Assembly (NCBI GenBank): GCA_951406725.2
Contig: OX597832.1
Location: 37,262,001 to 37,326,000, forward strand
Length of the DNA stretch: 64,000 nt
Direction of reading: 5' to 3'
Origin: Octopus vulgaris
Lineage: Eukaryota
This document shows positions 1 through 13,165 of the stretch, piece by piece. Positions within the stretch are counted from its first letter, which is position 1. The number at the start of each line of letters is the position of its first letter. Under the pieces are notes generated by a model. The model was given only the letters and a program-made list of their open reading frames with translations, was not told the DNA's origin and did no database searches. The position numbers and the translations under genes were made by a program.

Positions 1-523
1 GAATCTTGAGAATATTTGGGACGGGATGGAGGAGGGGTGGGTGAAGTGACATCGGGTGGGACAATATGAAGGAGTGAGTGGAGTTTATTTTGTTTGGTGC
101 GAGTGGGGTACTCGCGGAAAAGAGGATTTAGATGGATTATGAAGCGTAGTGTGGAACGTGCAAAGGTGAAAAAGAGGAGAAAAGGTGGAATAGGTGAGAG
201 GGAGAGGGTGTATTTTGGAGAGATTAGAACGAATGGTGGCACGCATCAGGCGGTAGGAAGTAGTATGGAGTACGGGTAGGATGAGAGAAGCAGAGTGGAA
301 AGTGGAGTGGAAATGGAGGCGGAAACCTTTGGGAATGATATGAGTATATATATATACATACATATGCACACAAATATCAATGTAAAAATATACACAAGCT
401 ATAGAAATTAATTTATACATATATGCAGGCATGCAGGCATACGTATATATTTCGAGAGGGAGAGAGAAAAAGAAAGAGAGAAAGAGTGAGAGAGAAACAG
501 AGAGAGGGAGACAGACAGGCAGT

Positions 524-555
<32 letters not shown>

Positions 556-668
556 AAGAGACAGAGTCAGAGAGACAGTGAGACAGAGAGAAAGATTGTG
601 AGGAAAGTGGTGAGAAAAATTAATCAATATCCACAAAAGGAATCGCATTTGCATGTTACGTCACTCAC

Positions 669-720
669 CAAACAATGTAACATTATCTACTTCTGGAAGT
701 ATTGAGTACTTATTTTGTAT
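669..720 (-). CDS. weak candidate internal exon (IQNKYSILPEVDNVTLF+G; alternative acceptor gives a 24-nt exon 669-692)
   Basis: Good donor TTG|GTGAGT at 668-663. The acceptors (cttgtag, cttccag) have poor pyrimidine tracts. Frame is open. Confidence 0.2.
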
Positions 721-740
721 CTACAAGCTTTGTTCAGAAA

Positions 741-828
<88 letters not shown>

Positions 829-1178
829 ATACACACACACACGCATACACACACACACACATACACATATGTATGCACATATGCATGTGTGTATAATAAA
901 ACATCTTCAGACATTGTGTTTATGTTAATTTACCACAATAAAAATGTAAAGCAATTCTGAAAGATTTCTAACAATGATCCATTGAAGAAAGATTGGAAAT
1001 AATTTCATTTAATAGCGAGAAAATGTTGTTATTGTTGTTATTGCTGTTGCTGTTGTTGCTGCTGTTCTTATTGTTGTTGTTGTTGTTTTTGAGGTTGCTA
1101 TTGGTGTTGATGTCTCGGTTCTGATAAAATTGCCTCGATAAAAACAAGAAAAATATCCGAAGCGAAACTAACAATTAC

Positions 1179-1197
1179 TCTATAATTGAGAAAATCC
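1179..1197 (-). CDS. candidate 19-nt exon GGATTTTCTCAATTATAGA (or start of a terminal exon)
   Basis: Strong acceptor tctttttactttcag| at 1198; moderate donor AGA|GTAATT at 1178-1173. Confidence 0.3.
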
Positions 1198-1853
1198 CTG
1201 AAAGTAAAAAGATTTAAATAAATATATAAACACACAAATATAAAGAAAGCCGAACAGAAAATAACAAAAAAAAAAGAAAAGAAAAAGAAAAAAAAAACCA
1301 AGCGAAATCTACTTTCCTGGAATATTCGCCTGACAAGTGTCATTCGTGCGAAAAAGCTATATTCTTCTAGACTAATGGAAGATTTAATCGTCTGGGATTG
1401 TCATATTGGTAACGATCCGATGGCTACTCAATTATTTCTTTTCTCATCTGCTTCTTTTAAATGCTTTTTCACTGATTTCTTCATCGAGACTAACCCACTC
1501 TCTTCGCCAACCTTATCAATGCCGTCAACTCCACATTCTCCGTTGCTTTGAAATCTTAATTGTATTAATATGTTTTTCAATACAGCCACACTTCACCAGC
1601 AGACTTTCATTGTGATATGCTTTCATTTTACATTCTCTTCGAGTCGAATGTATATCTTAACATGATTCGCGGTCCGAGTATAAAACGAATATTAGAATGA
1701 GAAAAGAAAATTAGTTAATTAAGAAGCAATGTTCATTTACTTTCCCTTTTCTCTATTTACAACAGCTTGTTCAAGGTGAGATAGGATCAAATCTACTCAA
1801 AGCCTTATTAGCCTCCTTCTATGAAAAGAAGCGACTTTTCTCTTTTCTCTTAC

Positions 1854-1858
1854 GCCAT
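1854..1858 (-). CDS. candidate 5-nt microexon ATGGC
   Basis: Minus strand reads actaat (branch point) cttattctctctccttttacacactgcttcttgcag|ATGGC|gtaaga. UGC motifs lie just upstream of the AG. Confidence 0.45.
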
Positions 1859-2398
1859 CTGCAAGAAGCAGTGTGTAAAAGGAGAGAGAATAAGATTAGT
1901 AACAGGCACCTGGTCACTGTGGAATAGGGCGGAAATGTCAACTTCCTTTTTGTAAAGTCGACATTCATATTTTTGACAAGAAAATTACACACTAGCGCTC
2001 AACAGTAACATAAATATAATGAAGGTGGGCAAACCATGTCAGGAGCGATGCGTCAATCACACATACGCCATAATTGTTTTCTGCGGCACAACTTCCGGCT
2101 AAAAGCTTAATTTGAACCAATTTTGAGTAGTTAAAATTTCCCGTTGACAGAACAATTACGACACACTTATTGAAATAACTCAATAAACAGACACCATTTA
2201 ATTGAATGGTAAAATAAAATAGAAACAATACTATATTTCGGCTTACAGATGAGAAACTCGCAGACACTGAGCGAGAGAGCGAGGAGAGAGGGAGAGAGAG
2301 AGAGAGAGTGGGAGAGAGAGAGAGAGTGGGAGAGAGAGAGAATTCTATCGTTCTGTCATGGCTTTCTTCCCTTGCCATAAAACCACAGACGCACTTAC

Positions 2399-2404
2399 AC
2401 GATT
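2399..2404 (-). CDS. candidate 6-nt microexon AATCGT
   Basis: Minus strand reads ttgtttcttttgttttacttcttttctgcag|AATCGT|gtaagt: long pyrimidine tract plus consensus donor. Confidence 0.45.
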
Positions 2405-3692
2405 CTGCAGAAAAGAAGTAAAACAAAAGAAACAATATGCATATATTAATGGCTGAAGTCTTTCGGTGGACAACAACATTAAATTGCTAAAAAGCTGAAG
2501 AAAGTTTTAGGGAGAATAATAATAGTTAGCGCTTTGTAATGATCTTTAAAACTGTAGAGTTCAATATTAATAGGTGTTGACGGAAAACACAGCTATAAAA
2601 CACCGAATAATACTTTTAGTTCTAATTCTCGCCTTATTACATTGCGAATGTTATACGTGTGTATGTGTGAAAGCGTGTTCATGTCTATGTGTTTGCGTCT
2701 AAGCGTGTTCATGCCTATATGTCTGTATGTGCGTGTGTATGAGTGTTGTGTGTGTATGTGTATGTAAGTGTGACGTCCACCTCGCACGCAAACGTTATTA
2801 TTACGAAGTGCTATTGCTAAATGAATGCTCGCTTCCTGTTAAAGCGAGTAAAGTCCTTTGACAGATTTCACTCTAATATTCCCATGTTTGGAGAGCTTTT
2901 CTATTTTCCTTCCTGTTATTTCCGACATGGAGATTTTTCTCATTTAGTTATTTTTATAGCTGTATTTTCCTATATGTTTCGAAGTTAAAGATTTGCAATA
3001 TTTCACCCGGAATGGAATTGGGAAATATCCAATACAGAATCGACAGGACGAAATTGACGACGAAAATAATTCTTATGCTGTTTCTTAGCCAATAAAATTC
3101 CCGTTTCCTTTCTAGTATTATGTATTTATTTCTCTTTTACAACATTAAAATAGAAATTGCCAGTGGTGGCGCTAGTGTCGGCGTTGATAGTAGAAGAGAA
3201 AGAAACTTCCCGTTTATTTTTACATTTCGAATTATAATTAATCATGGACGAACAACTAAACGGTGGATAAGGAAATGGATTTGTTAACTGGGTTCTAACC
3301 TTCTCTTATACATTAGCATCATCAGAAAGACTCGTGCTAAACAAGGATATTCCAGTAATTGAGCTTTAAGATGTAGAGTGCTATATTCCACTGAAAGTTA
3401 CTGATCTCTGACGCTATAGACTTTCACAGTCATTTCTCCATCCACGTAATAACGATTTAGCATGCAACGCAACCAAAGAGAAAGTGAGTTAGCAACAATT
3501 AATAGATAAAGTTAGTTAGCAGCGTTTATGGAAGCGAATTAACTGTTGTTATTTCAGATGTTTAGCAATGGCTGTAGTTAGAAACGAGTAAGTGTTCTTC
3601 TAATTACGAATTACTGTAGAGGAAGAAGGAAAAGAGGAGGAACAGAAGTATTTTGGAGTGGATCAATCTTAGTATATTACTGGTATTTGGAT

Positions 3693-3860
3693 GCAGGTAT
3701 GACTGGGCGGTGAAGAAGTTTGCTTCGCAGTCATGAAGTCCTGGGTTCGAGGTTCGATCCCACTGCGTGGCATCTTGGGCAAGTGTTTACAACTATAGCC
3801 GCAGATTAAAACCTTGTCAGTGAATTTGAAATGAAGGAAACTGAATAAAAGTCTGTTAGG
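3693..3860 (+). mobile_element. SINE family B (tRNA head + CORE-like 'tcttgggcaagtgt'), 5' part, diverged
   Basis: Similar to the full copy at 44624-45020; B-box-like ggttcgatccc. Confidence 0.75.
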
Positions 3861-4057
3861 TGAACTGTTCTGGTAATTCGAAAGTTCAGCCTTGTCACAG
3901 ATGCCGTGTCACAGATTCTACCTGAGAATTTCTTTAACAAAAGCAACTACACCTTCTTACTATCCAAGAAGTATTGCATCATCATCATCATCATCATCAT
4001 TATCGTCGACGTTGTCATCATCATTATTACTATTACTATTTATCATCATTACTATTT

Positions 4058-4147
<90 letters not shown>

Positions 4148-4483
4148 GGTTGTTTCTTACTTTCACTTTCGTTTTACATGAAAAGCTAAAACAAAATCTC
4201 TCAAATTATAAGGAAGAAAAAGCTATCCAACAACAAAAAAAAAAACAACGATCAAAAACAAAATGGAACCACAAACAGCAGCCACAAGTTGAGTTAAAAA
4301 CGATGAAGTTGAGTGAATGGCTGCGAGGCAATTTCCAGCTGAAACTAAGTTTCTCATTCAAACATCTTCGACTTCTAGTTTTGTTAACAAATAGAAATTA
4401 AAAACCTAATTTTGATAATGAATACAAAATATGAGATCATGTCTCTCAATGTGTATATGTGCTTAAGTATTTATGTGTGTGTC

Positions 4484-4515
<32 letters not shown>

Positions 4516-4831
4516 TGTATGTATGTATGTATGTATGTATGTATGTATGTATGTATGTATGTATGTGTATGTATGTGTTTGAGGTCGGAAACGGAGTGAA
4601 TATGTAATTGATAAGAAAATCTAAATGCAATTAAGAAAATATACATCAGTGAATGGAAACGAAATTAGTCGTCCTTCAGACATCATATTTATCCCACGGT
4701 GTGAGATATGATGAAGTAAATGGCGGGGATATTTTAATTGGATTTTTATTGTTCTGAGCTCCTTTCCCTATGGGGTCAAAGTTCATTAAATATATAACTA
4801 GAAAGTAAATGTAAATACCAGTAAGATACTG

Positions 4832-5024
4832 GTTCAAATTTTGGCACAAAATTTAAGGGAGCGGGTAAATCGAATCCTGCTCTCACTAGTTACTTATTTT
4901 GTCGACCCTGAAACGATGAAAAGCAAAGTCAGCCTCGGCGAAATTTGAACTCGGAACGTAAAGGCACAAAATGCCGCCAAGCATTTTGCCCGGTACGTTA
5001 ACAATATGGCCAGCTCGCCACCTT
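4832..5024 (-). mobile_element. SINE family A
   Basis: Reverse complement matches ggcgagctggc...gagttcaaattt/ccgccgaggtcgactttgc-tttcatc of the copy at 58802. Confidence 0.85.
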
Positions 5025-5360
5025 ATTGATACCAGTAATATACTGAGATTCGTTCTATTGCATTTCTACTCTTTTAGTTTGAAAACTTGCCTCTTTTACT
5101 TTAAAAACTGGAGTTTCGCTGCTGGATCACCGTAAAATTTCGAGTATTCCGCGGTCGCTTCTTCGTCAGCGACTTTCTATCTCTCGTTTGCATCTTTCTT
5201 TTCTTCTCTTACTAGTTTCGCATTCTTCTTTAACTTTTAACCTTTCATTGCCGCAGGAAAGCGCTGCTCCTAACTTATGCCTTATCTTGTGATGGAGCCA
5301 AGACATCTCTGCTTCACGATCGTCATGGCCGTGGTGAAAAAGAGAATGATGTGGTCTACC

Positions 5361-5543
5361 TGCTGTAGCCCATCTTTATATACCAAGACAAAACATGTAC
5401 ATTATTGACATTATTTACATTATTTACATTTGACGGATATTTGTCCTCATCTTGTTTGTTGTCAACACAACGTTTCGGCTGATATACCCACCAGCCTTCA
5501 GGGAAATTTCGAACCTGGGTTCTGATTCCTAAGGTAGTTTTCG
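5361..5543 (-). mobile_element. composite repeat: 42 bp shared with 60669-60710 plus a hammerhead-like relic with a broken core
   Basis: tgctgtagcccatcttt.tataccaagacaaaaca.tgtacat occurs at both places. The minus strand reads ggctg-loop-cagcc GAAA cgtt gtgtt with an incomplete CUGANGA. Confidence 0.5.
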
Positions 5544-5544
5544 A

Positions 5545-5843
<299 letters not shown>

Positions 5844-5844
5844 G

Positions 5845-5924
<80 letters not shown>

Positions 5925-5947
5925 CCTCCTCCTCCTCCTCCTCCTCC

Positions 5948-5978
<31 letters not shown>

Positions 5979-5995
5979 TATTATTGTTGTTCATG

Positions 5996-6171
5996 AGATG
6001 GTGAGCTGGCTGAATCGTTAGCACGCCGGGCAAAATGCTTAGCGGCATATCGTCCATCTTCACGTTCTAAGACCTTTCGGGGTCGATAAAATAAATACCA
6101 GTACTGGGATCAATGTAATCGACTATCCCCCTCCCCCAAATTTCACCTTGGCTTTAAATGCCTCATAGTAG

Positions 6172-6172
<1 letters not shown>
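5996..6172 (+). mobile_element. SINE family A, internally deleted
   Basis: Same head and tail as 5649-5843. Confidence 0.8.
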
Positions 6173-6210
<38 letters not shown>

Positions 6211-6211
6211 G

Positions 6212-6262
<51 letters not shown>

Positions 6263-6369
6263 TTTATTATCATTATGTAATGGTGATAGTAAAGAGTTAA
6301 CAGTAAGCGATTGGAATTTTCACTCAAGTATGACAGTCCGTTCTCTAAAATTTTCTCCCCAAAGCAGTC

Positions 6370-6510
6370 TCATCGAGATTGCCACATCACGACGCCGCGA
6401 GGCGCCGTCACGATGACGTCATCGAACACATTGTTCATTGGTCACGACAGCTGTCGCTTTGACGATCGTCTGTCTTTTCACATAGTCAAACGCTATTTCC
6501 GGCTTTCCTT
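6370..6510. promoter_or_regulatory. CpG-rich putative promoter/enhancer with CRE, CCAAT and ETS motifs
   Basis: Perfect 14-bp palindrome cgaTGACGTCAtcg (6411-6424), ATTGG (6437-6441) and ATTTCCGG (6495-6502); many CpGs in an otherwise AT-rich window. Confidence 0.45.
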
Positions 6511-6761
6511 TCGTATATTGGATGGCACCTTGTTTTTACTGTGTCGTGACTGGAACCCAGAACTAACAGCTAAACACATTTCTCCAGCCCCACGACCTTC
6601 CAGTCAATTCAAATTGTCTTCCAGCATCTTTTTCCATTCTACGTTTCTCTTTCAAGAACTGTTATCGATAAGGAAATAATCCTTTTGAAATATTTCACTT
6701 CAATTTAAAATTATTGTTGCTACGATTATCTTTGTACTTATTATTATTATTATTATTTTTA

Positions 6762-6847
<86 letters not shown>

Positions 6848-7077
6848 TTCGTTGTTGCTGTTGTTGTCGTCATCGATGATGGTGGTGATGATGATGATGA
6901 TGTTTTTTCTTCCGTTGTCATATTTCCCAATTCTTCCTTCCTTTCTTTCACCCTTCCTCTCTGTACTTTAGTCTTTTTCGCATTTCCACCATTTTATTGA
7001 ATTTTAATGTTCGATTTGTTGTCATTGTTGTTATTTTTGTGGTTGCATTTTTAATTCGCATCTCTTCTTTATCTTCG

Positions 7078-7108
<31 letters not shown>

Positions 7109-7377
7109 TTCTCGGTATGTGAGTGTGTGTGCGTATGTATACATCATACATATATGAGTGTATATATGTATCATAGATATATGTGTTCATATGAATGTGT
7201 ATGTGTATGTCTTCGCAGACACGTATGTGTATGTATGCATAAACATTGACACTCATACATTAATATACGCAAACTCGTACATGTGAGTATGAGTGTGCAT
7301 GCGTGTCTTTATATTGATATATACATATATATGTCTTTCTCGCATTTTCTCTGTGTGTGTGTGTATGTGTGTGTGCT

Positions 7378-7433
<56 letters not shown>

Positions 7434-7557
7434 ATATAATTGTACTTATATCCATAATATTAAAATAAGTGTCTTCACAGAAATATGTATTCATATTACA
7501 TTTAGAAATTCATATTAATTATGCATTTATATATGTAGATATACATAGTTAATGTAC

Positions 7558-7654
<97 letters not shown>

Positions 7655-7828
7655 TGTGTGTGCATGTGCGTGAATACACAGACATCACGCACAGACACAC
7701 GCGAGCTCACGTACATACTCATAATCACGAACTATTACAGACATATTTATTGGTCAACGTTTACGTTTATGAAGAGTACTCAATACGTAATATATATATA
7801 TTTCATTATTGTTATTAAAATTTGATAA

Positions 7829-7859
<31 letters not shown>

Positions 7860-7863
7860 AATA

Positions 7864-7896
<33 letters not shown>

Positions 7897-8212
7897 GTTG
7901 TTGTTGTTGTTGTTTTTGTTGTTATTAGAAGCTGTAGCTTCATGCCTCGTAACTCGGGCTAACATATTTCCAAATATTCAAACGATTGAAGTAGTGGAAC
8001 AACATGACAATATATAAGCAAAAATATTCGTACTAGTAGTGAAATATTAGTCAACAATAAAATAGATATTTATTCGCTGTCAACCTATCTGTTTGTGTCT
8101 CTCACTGTCTATCTGCTTACGTATGTAAGTACCTACCTACCTACCTACCTACCTACCTACCTACCTACCTACCTACCTACCTACCTACCTACCTACCTAC
8201 CTACCTACCTAC

Positions 8213-8262
<50 letters not shown>

Positions 8263-8540
8263 GTCTATTTTCTTTTTCTTTCTTTCCTTTTACTTATCTA
8301 CTTATCTCCCACTTCTGTGTCACACTCAATATGCATACACACACATACACACACACACACATACATACACTTACATATATACATACATACACATATATAT
8401 ATATATATATATATACGTATATACACAGGAACATGCACGTACAGTTGTTCAATTTTGATGTTACACGTTGTTCCTTCGAGTGGTAATCATTTGTTCGAAG
8501 TGACGGTCGTGAAGATGACGACGACGACGACGACAACGAC

Positions 8541-8595
<55 letters not shown>

Positions 8596-8867
8596 GTGAT
8601 GATGGCGGCGATGATGATGGCGTTAGTTGCTGTTGGTACTGTTTTTAATGTTTGTTGTAGTCATGGTTAAAATGGAGGCCATATTTGGTGTTATTGTTGC
8701 TCGTGCTGGTTGTAGGTCGTCTTACGTATATGTGTCTCTGCAGCTGTGTTCACACTTATGTCTGCTTATATACGTCTAAGTGTATCAGTATATGTGTGTG
8801 TTGTGCATGCGTGCGTGCCTGTGTGCATATGTATATGTATATATGTATGTGTATATATGTATGTATG

Positions 8868-8911
<44 letters not shown>

Positions 8912-8932
8912 TATACATACATACATACATAC

Positions 8933-9017
<85 letters not shown>

Positions 9018-10324
9018 CATGAATGTATGTATATATGTATATGTATATACACATGTTACTGTGTGTCCAATGTACACATGTAGACGTGTGTCAATTTGTG
9101 TTTCTGGTTTCTTCGTCTCTATTTTACATTTGCTATTATAAAACATCTCTTTTCAATTGCTTCCTGCCTTTCCTTCGAATCCGTATTTCGAAACCATTCC
9201 TTAGTTTCTCCATCTTTCTCTCGTTATTTTCCTTATTTTACTTGGTAAAAAAAAAAATCACAGGAAACTCTGTTTAGTTTCGTGCTAAAGTGTGAACTTT
9301 GGCGATTCAACTAATTTCTTTCCTTATTATTAGGACATTTTTTTTTGCCAAGAAAGATTTCCTTATCTTGCTTGTATGCGTGTACACACACACACATGCG
9401 TGTGTACACATACACACACGCGCGTGTGCGCGCACACACACTCACACACATACACATGAGCATATTGCATGTAATTTAAGTACATATATGTATATATATG
9501 TGTGTTTGCGTATGTGTCTATGTTGTGCTTTTGACTCAATGATTCTTTAAGAGTATGTGTTTGTATGTATATATGGATAAACGCCTACACGTACTTTCTC
9601 ATGCGCACATCTATATATATATACACATACATTTGTATGTATACCTATACACACACACGCACACACACACACACACATATATATATATGTATACATATAT
9701 AATTATACATATATATGCAATTGTGTGCATACTTTATATGTATGCATATACTATCTTCTATATATACATATACATATATACTTATCTATACATACATGTA
9801 TATATATATGTATATACACGCTTGTATGTATACTTTTATTTATACATGCATACATATCTATACACACCGAGCGATCTTGAGCATTAGTTCACATTTGAAT
9901 GTAAACAAAAGTTCCTTTTCTGGGTCCAGTTGGTAACCCAGGGTTACGTTTCTTTTCTTTTCAGCAAACCAACGGGAAAGTATATCAGTTTTCTACTTTG
10001 GTTCATTATATAGTGGGGGGGGGATTCCCCTAAGCCTTCTTTAACTATTTCTAATTAACCTCTTCATGTTGAAATCGGTGTCGGAAAGAAACATTCCTGG
10101 AGTGATAAGGAGATCAATACGAATACATAAGGAGCAATAATCTGGTTGAGTATTTGAGTGAAAGTTTAACTCGCGTACACATTTGATTACTTTCGAATAC
10201 TAAATCGGGCGGGTATCCTCGTTTATAGCGTCGATGATCAATGATCAATGATTTCTGTAGGCCTCTGTGATTTTCTTGTCATTTATCGGGTTTCTTCGTT
10301 ATCAGTTAATATTGTCTTCTTTTA

Positions 10325-10500
10325 AGGCGTACAACATACCTAGTGGCATTTCGTCTGTCTTTACGTTCTGAGTTCAAATTCCGCAAAGGTCGACTTTGCC
10401 TTTCATCTTTTCGGGGTCTATAATATAAGTATCAGTGGAGCACCATGTTCGATTTAATCGACTTACAAATTGCTGGCCTTGTGCCAAATTTGTAAAGAAC
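10325..10500 (+). mobile_element. SINE family A
   Basis: ttacgttctgagttcaaattccgcaaaggtcgactttgcctttcatcttttcgggg. Confidence 0.85.
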
Positions 10501-10861
10501 AATATGTCTTCTTTTATTGAAGACAGGTTTCCTTCTATGTTTATTAATTCGATATTATACTGTTTTTTTTTTCTTTTATATTATACTGTTTTTTTTTTCA
10601 TCAGAGTAAGAATATTAAATCCCTAGCAGTGACATAAAGCTAGAAATTTCTAGCAGTGATATAAAGCCAGAAATTAGTCAGAAATTAGCGATGGTGGTCA
10701 TAGTTAATTATATCGATTATTAACTCGATTTCAAATGTTGGGATGGAGATACTTTATTCTTACATAATTCATCAATCTCTGAAGGAGTAAAACATAAAGT
10801 GGACCACAGTGAAAGTGTATGGAGTCAATATATAAACGGAGATTAAGGCAGCGGGCTGGCA

Positions 10862-11374
10862 GAATGCCCTAGACTTGACAAAACCGCTACAAGTATTGGC
10901 GGCACGATAAGGAAACGAAAGTGCCACATTGGAAACTGCAAAAAGTGGGGGCTTGAAAAATCCTCTGTGATTTCCCAGTCCAAAGATATCAGGGGCTAGA
11001 GCATAACGGACCGGACCTAGCGGTGGTCGACAAGAATCACCACATGCGTTATATAGTTGATTTTGCGTGCCCCTTTGGCCAACGAATAGTCAAGAAGGAA
11101 TGCGAAAAAATAGATAAATAAAAACCTCCTAAGTACGAAATAGCTTGGCTATGGAAAATGAAGAAGGTGAAGACAATGCTAATTACTGTTGGGTCCTTGG
11201 GGATTATATCAGAAGGCATCAAGAGGAATATAAAGGAAATCAAAATAGAGTGCCCAGTAGAACTCCTTGGCACCGCTAGAATAATCAGGAAAGTATTAGA
11301 TAGTTGAAAGGGACAGTTATCATTGTACCGTATGCAAGACTCCAGGAGTTCCAACAAAACCTGAGATGAAAAGA
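10862..11374 (+). mobile_element. R4/Dong-clade non-LTR retrotransposon 3' fragment (restriction-like endonuclease domain), decayed
   Basis: Manual translation across frameshifts: ECPRL..YKYWRHDK..HWKL..WG / ILCDFPV..EHNGPDLAVVDK..IVDFACPF..KECEKIDK..EIAWLWKM..TVGSLG..LGTARIIRKVLDS*. Shows the RHD and PD..D motifs. The short 3' UTR ends at (TAA)n. Confidence 0.85.
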
Positions 11375-11437
<63 letters not shown>

Positions 11438-11439
11438 CG

Positions 11440-11637
11440 CGCAAAGCCCGAAATTTTAGGGGTGTGGTGTAGTCGATTACATCGTCCCCAGTGCTCAACT
11501 GGTACTTATTTTATCTTCCAAAAGGATGACAGACAAATTCGATCTCGGCAGAATTTGAACTCAGAATGCGAAGAGGGACGAAATGTTGCTAAGTACTTTT
11601 TTCTGGCGCGTTAATGGTTCTGCCAGTTCACCACCCT
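11440..11637 (-). mobile_element. SINE family A
   Basis: Reverse-complement match; flanked by (TAA)n on both sides. Confidence 0.8.
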
Positions 11638-11638
11638 A

Positions 11639-11709
<71 letters not shown>

Positions 11710-11751
11710 CAACAACAACAACAACGGTGATAATGATGATGATGATGATAA

Positions 11752-12440
11752 TTCTTTTTATTGGTCACAAGGGCTAATATAAATCAAAACATTAAAGGAC
11801 ACCACAAGTCGATACACAAACGGTTTTACAAAGAAAACATCCGTGTAAACATTTGATAGCAGAAAAAATAACGTAACAAGTAAAAACTCCCAATAGGGGG
11901 AGGTGCTGTAAAAGTTACTAGTGGAAAATCTTATAAAAACCACAGGTACCTGGTTAACAGGGCAAGAGCCCTTTCTCCTTTTATACCTTTATTTTTTTAC
12001 AGGTGTAATCTCAGAATTGGTCCACCCATACTGGCCATTTTCCCGACATTCTCCCACCTTTCAATAAACTTGCTAGAACACATCATTTCCCTCTCTACTC
12101 TCACTTTCCTTTTCAAATGGAACTTGAAAAAGTTGATGAGGCCTTGGCCAAAGAGGAAAGTGTCTGATTTCAGCCCTTTCAAACGGGTCCACCATACTAC
12201 TTATTTCGCTACAGCCACCCGACAAATGAAAATTGCTCCCCCATCCCGGTTAAAGGAGGCTGGTGGGGCAGTCTTCACTATGGATTCTGCTGATAGCTGG
12301 ATCCGTGCTACACGCGACAGCAGCAGTTCGACATAAACCCACAGGTCAGCAATGCTCGAGCACTGGACGAGAGCGTGCAGAACGGTTCCGTCGCTCTCAG
12401 CTCATCTCGGTCAGGCCCGGCCAACGGCACTTCCCTGCCT
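11752..12440 (-). mobile_element. Tx1/L1-clade LINE ORF2 C-terminus + 3' UTR, decayed
   Basis: TVLHALVQC..IADLW..VVWWTRLKGLKSDTFLFGQGLINFFKFHLKRKVRVERE..RW (decayed CCHC and C-terminal region); tail ttagcccttgtgaccaataaaaagaa. Confidence 0.75.
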
Positions 12441-13019
12441 GTAAAGTTTATCTAATGATAAATCCTTTCAAACATTACTAGAACAATGAAATAACAAGAA
12501 TGCACCACAAAGGACGAAGTACATTGCATTATTTGTGGATACCCTCGCACAGAACATGAATTATTTTAACGCACCAGAGGCAAGAGTTTTCTCGTAGTTA
12601 TTGCTGCCAGCCTACAGGTGCAGAGTTTGCGTAGGCCCATGCAGTCGCACCAATTCCACTATTCTCACACATCTTTCAAAAATTTACCAGAGACCGATGC
12701 CTCCGTCTCTGTCCTCTCTTTCCTCCTCCCTGTGTTACTCGAAGTTGGTAGGGCCTACTACCACCATAACACACACCACAATCACTATTACCACAACACA
12801 TACCACCACAATGACCATAATTGCTTAGTAGTAGTAGTAGTAGTAGTAGTGGTAGTAGAGAGAGAAAACGTCACTCCTGTTATTAGTTATTAAATGTACA
12901 CAACAACTATTTGTAATATTGAAATATGGAAGAATAAAACCCACCTGTTCAGGTGTAATTTATGCATCTGACCGAATTTTTATGGCCTTTCAAGCATGCT
13001 GACAGATATGTATATATAT

Positions 13020-13096
<77 letters not shown>

Positions 13097-13097
13097 C

Positions 13098-13165
<68 letters not shown>

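Noticed and set aside
660-690. Minus-strand DNVTLFGE resembling the carboxylesterase NVTLFGESAG motif
   Set aside because: The upstream residues lack the FGGDP context and the frame stops right after GE; treated as coincidence.
1766-1775. Plus-strand microexon-like signal acaacag|CTTGTTCAAG|gtgaga
   Set aside because: Opposite strand to the other candidates with no supporting plus-strand gene model; kept as evidence that chance matches occur.
3158-3177. CTCF-like motif ccagtggtggcgcta (also 53166-53181)
   Set aside because: Only partial matches to the consensus; cannot be supported without ChIP data.
3558-3587. Plus-strand 30-nt exon-like segment tttcag|...|gtaagt
   Set aside because: Stops in two of three phases and no partner exons.
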